A DNA stretch of 41,781 nucleotides from a virus. Its lineage: Duplodnaviria; Caudoviricetes. The translations under genes and the position numbers were made by a program. Location: IMG/VR virus record IMGVR_UViG_3300044296_000112, positions 1-41,781 of that record, one strand, 5' to 3'. Of the stretch, positions 35,055 to 41,781 are shown one piece after another. The number at the start of each line of letters is the position of its first letter. Positions within the stretch are counted from its first letter, which is position 1. A model generated the notes under the pieces. That model was not told where the DNA came from. It was given only the letters and a program-made list of their open reading frames with translations, and ran no database searches.

Positions 35055-35570
35055 GTGTCCATCAACATCAAGATCGAAGGCATGACCGAACTTGCCGGCC
35101 AGTTGGAAAAACTGAAAGACACAGCCACCGGATCAGAGGTAAGAGACGCGCTCATAGCAGCCGCGCAGATGGTTTCCGGCGCCGCAAAGACAAACGCTCC
35201 AACCGCTCCGTATCCGACCAACTACAAGGGATCACAAATCGCTCCAGGCGGGCTGAAGCGCTCGATCACCGCGGCTCCAGGTAGGCAGTACAAGACATTC
35301 CTGCAAGCGTTCGCCTTTTCCCTGAAAAACACCGCTCCGCACGCCAGTTTGGTTGAATTTGGCACAAAGCCGCACTCCATTACGCCGAAGGATAAGAAGT
35401 TTTTGGTGTTTGGCAATCTGTTCAAACGCTTCGCCCGATCCGTTCAGCATCCAGGATCCCGCTCGATTCCATTTTTTCGTGATGCTGTTCGTTCGCAGCG
35501 CTCCAGTGTTAAGCGGTTGCTGGAGACTCGCGTTAAAGCCGCCTTCGACGCTCTGGCTAAATCAGCATGA
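35055..35570 (+). CDS. HK97 gp10-like tail completion protein
   Basis: IEG..EL...L..L, G.LKRSI, H..LVEFGT, HPG....PF. Confidence 0.9.
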   Translation: MSINIKIEGMTELAGQLEKLKDTATGSEVRDALIAAAQMVSGAAKTNAPTAPYPTNYKGSQIAPGGLKRSITAAPGRQYKTFLQAFAFSLKNTAPHASLVEFGTKPHSITPKDKKFLVFGNLFKRFARSVQHPGSRSIPFFRDAVRSQRSSVKRLLETRVKAAFDALAKSA

Positions 35571-35992
35571 GAATCTACCAAGCGCTGTACAAGTACTTGC
35601 AAACGGTGACTGCGGTAACAGACATCGTTGGAACTCGGGTATATGACATCCACTCCGACCAAGGCCGCGGAACGACGTTCCCAGCGGTGGTAATCGAAGT
35701 CATTGACTCGGCACCGTTCCATTCCATCGGAAATAGCGCTCCGACTGCAACGCGTCGGCCGGTTGCGTTTTGCTGCATGGCGCAGGGGAACAACAAGGCA
35801 GCGGAAGACTTGGCCGATGCAGTGTATGCCGCCGTCATCAACAACGCAGCCGCGATTACAGCCGCGGCCGGCTCACTGACCGTCAAAAGCACGCACCTGA
35901 ATTCTCGCCGCAACGAGTACGAAGACGATCTGGAGACGAGCGCAAAGCTGTACTCCGTGATCTTGGAATTTGACATCATCCACGACCTATAG
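35567..35992 (+). CDS. Tail terminator (DUF3168-like)
   Basis: V...VG.RVY......FP.VV; position before the tube gene. Confidence 0.8.
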   Translation: MRIYQALYKYLQTVTAVTDIVGTRVYDIHSDQGRGTTFPAVVIEVIDSAPFHSIGNSAPTATRRPVAFCCMAQGNNKAAEDLADAVYAAVINNAAAITAAAGSLTVKSTHLNSRRNEYEDDLETSAKLYSVILEFDIIHDL

Positions 35993-36025
35993 GGCGAGGA
36001 TCACCGCTAACAACGAGGAGGCTCT

Positions 36026-36406
36026 ATGGCCGTATACACTGGCAACGCTGCATCTATCAAAGTCGGATCGAACACCGTCGCAGAAATGGACGCTTGGACG
36101 CTCGACATTCAAACCGGGCTGGAAGAAACGCAGTCTTTCGGCGACACCTGGAAAGAACGTACCGCCACCATCAAAGAGTGGTCCGGTTCTGGCGCCGGCC
36201 GGTGGGACACCACGGACACCAACGGACACATCGCACTGAAAACCGCTTTCCTTGGAGGAACCACGGCGACGATGCGCTTCTACATCGACGGCACCAACTA
36301 CTACAGCGGAACGGCCTTCGTTCAGGCGTCCATGAATGCCACCGAAAACGGACTGGTGACGGTTTCGTACACGTTCACCGGCTCCGGTGCCCTGTCCTAC
36401 AACTAA
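36026..36406 (+). CDS. Major tail tube protein
   Basis: GAGGAGG RBS; W.LD.....E.T..FGD.W......K.WSGS...F.GSG tube-fold pattern. Confidence 0.88.
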   Translation: MAVYTGNAASIKVGSNTVAEMDAWTLDIQTGLEETQSFGDTWKERTATIKEWSGSGAGRWDTTDTNGHIALKTAFLGGTTATMRFYIDGTNYYSGTAFVQASMNATENGLVTVSYTFTGSGALSYN

Positions 36407-36415
36407 GGAGCCACT

Positions 36416-37027
36416 ATGGCCGTACAAGCAGGAAGCGCAGCCGATATCTACATCGCCAGCGGCACTGGGACCACCATGACGGGGGAGGCCGTAACCTCCC
36501 TCGGCGGTGGTGTGTATCAGATCACGAACACGGCAAAGCGGGCGATTGATCCCAACTCGTCTATCACGGTGCTGGATGGCGTGGCGACGGTTCCAAAGAC
36601 CAATTACCAAATCGGATTCGCGTCTGGAAAGATCACGCTTACCAACGGGTACACAGCCGCCGGCACGATTACGGTTACCGGGAAGTACCTGACGCTGGCG
36701 CAGGCCGCGCAGGGTTTCGAGTGGTCGCTGGACACCGAGTTGGTCCTGGAAGACTCGCACACGTTTGGAGACACCTGGAAGGAAAAGACGCTGGTAAATC
36801 GGTCTGGTTCAGTGTCGTTCAAGCGGTTTCTGAACGACAACTATTTCACCAGCACGAACCTCGGCAGCTACTACATTTTGTACCTGTACCTGAACCAAGC
36901 GTCCAATATCCGGTTCATGGCCTGCGGGCATTGCAGCTCAGCCGGAATTACATCCGGTGAAAACGAGCTGCTGAAGGAAAACGTGTCCTTCTCGCTTCAC
37001 GGCGAGATCGACTTTGCGAGTTCATAA
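36416..37027 (+). CDS. Second tube-fold protein with an inserted domain
   Basis: MAV..G.AA.I start and WSLD...E....FGDTWKE shared with 36026; about 78-aa insertion. Confidence 0.75.
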   Translation: MAVQAGSAADIYIASGTGTTMTGEAVTSLGGGVYQITNTAKRAIDPNSSITVLDGVATVPKTNYQIGFASGKITLTNGYTAAGTITVTGKYLTLAQAAQGFEWSLDTELVLEDSHTFGDTWKEKTLVNRSGSVSFKRFLNDNYFTSTNLGSYYILYLYLNQASNIRFMACGHCSSAGITSGENELLKENVSFSLHGEIDFASS

Positions 37028-37032
37028 CGACT

Positions 37033-37224
37033 ATGCACTACGACAAACAAGCGCGGGCGCTAGTCGTCCCTGAATCAGAGATCAATAGCGTCGTCCGCGA
37101 CGGCGCAGAGATCGATTTCCGCAACGGGTGGATTCTCCATCACCCCGGTGCAATCACCATCACCGCAAAGGCAGAGGAGCCCAATGAGCAAGATCCTGGA
37201 CCGCGTATTAGCGGCCGAACTTAA
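37033..37224 (+). CDS. Hypothetical protein
   Basis: 63 aa filling the gap between tube and chaperone genes. Confidence 0.5.
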   Translation: MHYDKQARALVVPESEINSVVRDGAEIDFRNGWILHHPGAITITAKAEEPNEQDPGPRISGRT

Positions 37225-37531
37225 GACTGAAGACCTGTTCGTACCACAGTGGAACGAAACCGTCCGCGTCCGCGAATTCAACGCTGGCGAGCGGGTGGAC
37301 TTCGCCGCTGACGTGGCCAAGAATCCGCGCCTCGCAAGCGTTCGCGCCTGCATCGCGTGCGTGTCCGACCCGAGCGACGGAAAGCCGGTCTTCGAAAAGG
37401 CTCATCAGGACATGTTGCTCACCAAGTCCGCTGCGGCGGTTGAGCTCATTGGTGAGAAAATCCTTCGATTGTCTGGCATGTTGAAAGACTCCGCCGACGA
37501 ACTGGAAAAAAACTCACAGGCGAGCGCCTAA
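37184..37531 (+). CDS. Tail assembly chaperone (gpG)
   Basis: GAGGAG RBS; VP.W...V.VR......R; ends ...LEKN at the slippery site. Confidence 0.88.
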   Translation: MSKILDRVLAAELKTEDLFVPQWNETVRVREFNAGERVDFAADVAKNPRLASVRACIACVSDPSDGKPVFEKAHQDMLLTKSAAAVELIGEKILRLSGMLKDSADELEKNSQASA

Positions 37532-37695
37532 ACCTCTTCGCGCTCGCCGAACTACTCCATATGCCCGTGTGCGAGCTTCGCTACCGGGTGTCCTCATCTG
37601 AGATGACTGAATGGGCTTCCTATCTTCGCCAAAAAAGCGAGGAGATGGACAAGGCCAGTAAATCCGCACCCCATCCACCCACACGACGACGGTAA
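37507..37695 (+). CDS. -1 frameshift extension (gpGT) of the tail chaperone
   Basis: Slippery A AAA AAC 37507-37513; -1 frame open: LTGERLNLFALAELLHMPVCELRYRVSSSEMTEWASYL...RRR, stop 37695 just before the TMP. Confidence 0.85.
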   Translation, partial: KKLTGERLNLFALAELLHMPVCELRYRVSSSEMTEWASYLRQKSEEMDKASKSAPHPPTRRR

Positions 37696-37698
37696 CCC

Positions 37699-40041
37699 AT
37701 GGGAATCCTCTCTAATCTCATCGTCCGAATCGGCGCCTCTACCGACGATTTCGACAAAGCCGTTGACCGATCCATCAACAAAACCAAGCGTTTCGCTGCG
37801 GATGTAACCGCCGCCGGCGAAGCTCTGTCTATTGGTTTCTCAGTTCCGATGATTGCGGCAGGAGCCGCCGCGATTAAAGCTGGCGCGGACCTGGAAAGCA
37901 TGACGATGGGCCTCAAGGCCGTCATGAAGACCACGGAAGCGACCACAGCCGAAATGGCGCGTTTGCGCGAAGTTGCAAAACTGCCCGGTATCGGACTGGA
38001 AGAAGCGGTGCGCGGTTCCGTTCGTCTCCAGGTGCTCGGAAAGAGCGCCGAAGATTCGCGGAAAATCATGATCGAACTCGGCAACGCCATTGGCATCGTC
38101 GGCGGTGGGAAAGACGACTTCAACGAAGTGATCCGCCAGTTGTCGCAGATGGGTGCGGCCGGTAAAGTTACGTCCGAAAACCTGCGTCCGATTGTCGAGC
38201 GGGTGCCGCAAATCGCTGCGATCATCAAGGAGCAGTTTGGGCCGGAAGCACTTGGAAAGCCCGCAGAAACGCTTGAGAAATTGGGCGTTGACTCTTCGAA
38301 GTTCATCGACGTAATTATCCGCGAACTCCAGAAGGGAGAGCGGGCCGGGAATACCTACAAGAATTCCTGGGAAAACGTTCAGATGGCCGCGCAGGAAGCG
38401 GCTGCTGAGTTTGGAAAGACGCTTCTTCCGATTGCCCAGCGCGTACTAGATGAGTTCCTGACGCCTGGGATTGAAAAGGCGAAGGCGCTGGCTACGGCGT
38501 TCGCTGCGCTTCCAAAACCGACACAGGACTGGGCGCTTGGATTGACGGCTGTTGCTACGGCGGCTCCTCTGTTTGTTGTCGTGCTCGGAACGTTGATCGA
38601 GAAGGGATCACTGCTGTTAGGAGTGCTCAATAAGCTACCCGGTTTAGTGTCGGCTGCGGCGTCTGGCCTAGCAGGCGGTGCTTCCAGCCTGGCTGGTGCT
38701 CTCGGGGCGGCAGGACTCGCCGCCGGCGCGGCCGGTGCGGGTGTCGGATTGTTTCTGAACTGGCTCATCAGCCACGGCGGAAAGCCTGTCGATACCACGG
38801 CTGTTGCGATTCAAAGCCTGAATGAAAAGCTCGGTTATACCGCCGGAGCTGCTAAAGAGGCGCATGTACCGTTCTCGCTGATGACGGAAAAGCTCATCGA
38901 GTACGGAAAGAGCCTTCCTCCAGTCAAGTCTGCCGTGGCCGAAGTTGGCGCTGAGATAGTAGTCCTCACCAAGGCCATGGACAGCGCCAAGCTGCCATCG
39001 ATGGACTTATTGGCGCTGTTTGAACGCGCCCGCGACGCCGCAAAGGCAAAACAGGAGCAAATCCGGTTCCTCGCTGACACGATGGAGCGTTATGGCGTCG
39101 TCACTGCCGAGGCGGCGTATAAAGCCGCCAAGTCGCTGGACATTCTGTTCGTCTCCTACCGCCAACTATCCGATGCTCCAGACCTCGGGAACCTGAACAA
39201 AATCGCATTGAAAGACCTACCGAAAGCGAAGGAAGTGCTTGGCGGATCTGCTGACACAGCTTCCCCGTCCTCGTTTGAAGAGTTCGTCAAGATGGGAAAA
39301 AACATCGGCCCAGAGGGAATGCTGACGAAGGAGCAGTTAGAGCAGATCAAAGCCCGCTACAAGGACATGTCCAAGACCGCAAAGGCTGCGGTGCACCAAG
39401 TGTCCCTCGTCATCAACGATCTCGCGCGTGGGATCACCGACGTAATTTTCAATGGTGGGAAGATCGGCGACATGTTCAAGAACATCGCCCTGCAGGCCGC
39501 GCAGAGCATCACCCGCCTGTTGATCGAGGGGGCGCTTAAAAAACTTTCCGACAAACTGTTTGACGTCGGCGGCCTGATGGGGAAGGTGTTTGGTGGCGCC
39601 GGTGGCGCTGGCGGCACGATATTCTCGGCGGCAAGTTCCGCCGGCGGAGGCATCGCCTCTTCCGGGGGTGGAGTTGGGTCTGCCGTTGGCCAAGTAGCCG
39701 GAGCCGCGGTTTCAGGCGTTGTTGGCGCGGTCGCCGGAGTAGTCGGAGCCGTGTCTGGGATCATCGGTAATTTCCAGATGGCGGGGATGAATAAAACCCT
39801 GGACCTCATCGAAAAGGAAGTCCGCTACAGCCAGATCCACCTCCTGCACCTCCTCGAGAACTCCAACACCTACTGGCCCTACATGAAGACCTGCTGGGAA
39901 TCGCTGATTCGTATGGAGCAGCGCCAGATGGCCGTAGGTGCTGGCGGTGGAGTCACCATAAACGTCAACGGCGGCGACCCTAAGCAGACCTTGGAAGACA
40001 TCACGCGGCTCTTGAAGCAATACGGCGTAATCGCCCGGTAA
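37699..40041 (+). CDS. Tape measure protein
   Basis: 780 aa Ala/Gly-rich; L.VRIGA N-term; QM...GKVT.E.LR.I.E..P tape-measure motif. Confidence 0.93.
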   Translation: MGILSNLIVRIGASTDDFDKAVDRSINKTKRFAADVTAAGEALSIGFSVPMIAAGAAAIKAGADLESMTMGLKAVMKTTEATTAEMARLREVAKLPGIGLEEAVRGSVRLQVLGKSAEDSRKIMIELGNAIGIVGGGKDDFNEVIRQLSQMGAAGKVTSENLRPIVERVPQIAAIIKEQFGPEALGKPAETLEKLGVDSSKFIDVIIRELQKGERAGNTYKNSWENVQMAAQEAAAEFGKTLLPIAQRVLDEFLTPGIEKAKALATAFAALPKPTQDWALGLTAVATAAPLFVVVLGTLIEKGSLLLGVLNKLPGLVSAAASGLAGGASSLAGALGAAGLAAGAAGAGVGLFLNWLISHGGKPVDTTAVAIQSLNEKLGYTAGAAKEAHVPFSLMTEKLIEYGKSLPPVKSAVAEVGAEIVVLTKAMDSAKLPSMDLLALFERARDAAKAKQEQIRFLADTMERYGVVTAEAAYKAAKSLDILFVSYRQLSDAPDLGNLNKIALKDLPKAKEVLGGSADTASPSSFEEFVKMGKNIGPEGMLTKEQLEQIKARYKDMSKTAKAAVHQVSLVINDLARGITDVIFNGGKIGDMFKNIALQAAQSITRLLIEGALKKLSDKLFDVGGLMGKVFGGAGGAGGTIFSAASSAGGGIASSGGGVGSAVGQVAGAAVSGVVGAVAGVVGAVSGIIGNFQMAGMNKTLDLIEKEVRYSQIHLLHLLENSNTYWPYMKTCWESLIRMEQRQMAVGAGGGVTINVNGGDPKQTLEDITRLLKQYGVIAR

Positions 40042-40044
40042 ACC

Positions 40045-41781
40045 TTGCCTGAACCAATCGTAAAGATCGACGGAACCACCGTCGAAGCGCAGCCCGGTAC
40101 GCTCAATATGTCGTACTCGCTCGGGCAGCGGGCCGCTCTTGACGTGACAGTGATGAGCGCGGATGGTGCGTATCGCCCGGAAACAGGCAAGAATATCGAG
40201 CTATTCGAGGGGGCAACCAAACTCTGGGCAGGCTCCGTCGATGAGGTGAACGAGCGATCCATCACGGAAGCCAACCCGGATGGCCGATTCTATGCTATTC
40301 GAGCGGTTTCGTGGGAGCAGTACCTGGACAAACGGTACTGCTACGACGTCTCAAACGGGCGCCCGCTGCTGTATGAGCGGAACTTCGAATACACGGCCAA
40401 CCCTGCCACCGATACGCTAACTTGCACTGTCCCGCATAGCCTATCGAACGGCGATAAGGTTCGCGTGAAGTCCCATGCGAACGGCGCGATTCCGTCCGGG
40501 CTGTCGGCCACGACGGAATACTACGTCATTTCGGCCAGCGGCGCCGACCTTCAGTTATCGCTCACCGCTGGCGGTTCGGCCGTAAACTTTACAGACGCCG
40601 GATCGCTAGACCAGATCCTGATAACCAACCGCGCCGGCCTGATCGTAAAGGCGCTGCTGGTGGACGCGGCCACGTCGGAGCCAATCGACGATACGAACGT
40701 GGACATGGGCGCCGTGGTTGATACGGCGATCTGGACGTCTAAAGATCAGGTGTCGGAGGCCATAGCCGAACTCGCCGAAGCATCCGATTTCGTTTGGTGG
40801 ATCGACGAGGAGAGGGCGCTCTATTTCAAGCCGCGCACGTTCTCGACGGCGCCGTTCTCGATCGACGAAACAAGCGGCAACTACCGCTCTATTTCCGTGC
40901 GCACCACACGCGAGGATAAGTGCAATGCGGCGCTGGTCAACATCGACATCGAGCAGGTTGGCTACGAGGACGAAACGTTCACCGGTGATGGATCAACGGT
41001 TAAATGGAGCCTGGCGAATCCGGTCGGGCAGATTGTCCGAATCCAGGTCAATGACGAGGATAAGGAGTTCGCGCAGTGGCTCACCGATTCCGACCGCGCG
41101 TATTACTACGAGCTCGGAAAGGTCTACATCCGGCAGGACGCAGACGAAACCGTTCTCACGTCGTCCGATACGCTGCGCGTCGTGTACCGGAAGTTCGGCG
41201 CGAACACGATCTACGAGGAAGACACCGCCGACATCGCCAGCACGGCAACCGCCGAGGGAAACAGCGGGATCTATGCGCTCCCGTTCGATAAACCCGGTAT
41301 CGGCCAGATTCAGGCGTCAGTGTTCGGGAAGGCAATCGTTGCCGCGCGCAAAAACAACGCCGTCGAAATCGAATACGAAACCGATCAGCAGGTGGAGCCG
41401 ACGTGCCACACGTTGCGGCCGGGGCAGTTGCAGACGATCCAGAACAGCTACTTCAATGTGTCAAGCGGAACGTATCTGATTCGTGAAGTATCCCTGCGCG
41501 ACGTTCTCGGGCAGTGGCTGAAGTTCACTATCAAGGCCATCAACACTAACCGTCTCGGCGGCGCTGTCGAGTTTTGGAAGGCCATGGGAAGTGGTTCTGG
41601 TAGCGGCGGATCTACAGCCGCATTCATGGCTGGCGGTTCTCTTGGAACTGGTGGCGGTTCGACTCCGCTGGAGATCGTGCTGACTGCCAATACGACCATC
41701 GCAAGCCCGTACACTCCGACGACTGGAGACACGCTTGTCGTGCGCGTGGAACAGGGATCTGGACCGTACACGATCTCGTTT
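40045..41781 (+). CDS. Baseplate hub/tail-tip protein (truncated by the window end; absent from the ORF track)
   Basis: TTG start 3 nt after the TMP stop; frame MPEPIVKIDG...LWAGSVDEV...AIAELAEASDFVWWIDEERALYF...LRPGQLQ...GPYTISF; contains an inserted HSLSNGDKV...P.GL....YYVI domain. Confidence 0.85.
   Translation, partial: MPEPIVKIDGTTVEAQPGTLNMSYSLGQRAALDVTVMSADGAYRPETGKNIELFEGATKLWAGSVDEVNERSITEANPDGRFYAIRAVSWEQYLDKRYCYDVSNGRPLLYERNFEYTANPATDTLTCTVPHSLSNGDKVRVKSHANGAIPSGLSATTEYYVISASGADLQLSLTAGGSAVNFTDAGSLDQILITNRAGLIVKALLVDAATSEPIDDTNVDMGAVVDTAIWTSKDQVSEAIAELAEASDFVWWIDEERALYFKPRTFSTAPFSIDETSGNYRSISVRTTREDKCNAALVNIDIEQVGYEDETFTGDGSTVKWSLANPVGQIVRIQVNDEDKEFAQWLTDSDRAYYYELGKVYIRQDADETVLTSSDTLRVVYRKFGANTIYEEDTADIASTATAEGNSGIYALPFDKPGIGQIQASVFGKAIVAARKNNAVEIEYETDQQVEPTCHTLRPGQLQTIQNSYFNVSSGTYLIREVSLRDVLGQWLKFTIKAINTNRLGGAVEFWKAMGSGSGSGGSTAAFMAGGSLGTGGGSTPLEIVLTANTTIASPYTPTTGDTLVVRVEQGSGPYTISF

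Noticed and set aside
40925-41479. 184-aa ORF called near the right end
   Set aside because: Alternative frame inside the real hub gene, which is open from 40045 to the end
1-41781. Integrase, att site, tRNA genes and a firm host assignment
   Set aside because: None recognised. Gln-starting mature peptides, disulfide-like Cys pairs and high GC hint at a diderm host such as Acidobacteriota, but this needs homology or spacer searches

Overview
Nearly complete ~41.8 kb genome of an HK97-fold, long non-contractile-tailed (siphovirus-type) phage, opened inside its tail-tip gene. The ORF running off the right end (40045..) appears to finish at 2..109, with a short gap between. Order: fibre/lysis block A (102-6966); a small antisense operon with a hammerhead ribozyme (6909-7672); a second fibre/lysis block B (7678-12972); terminator and divergent promoter; recombination, DNA-modification and replication genes (13210-27210); a putative ori (27241-27432); HNH, cos and terminase; head; tail. 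I recognised no integrase, CI-like repressor, endolysin, tRNA or CRISPR array. Most striking: (i) six tail-fibre-like or adjacent proteins carry N-terminal Sec-type signal peptides and paired cysteines, suggesting exported, disulfide-bonded appendages; (ii) an intact type I hammerhead ribozyme lies between two early genes; (iii) the lysis cassette is duplicated and its second copy has collapsed by a microhomology deletion; (iv) a candidate pseudoknotted RNA follows the SSB-like gene. All family calls come from motif recognition and synteny by eye; no database searches were run.
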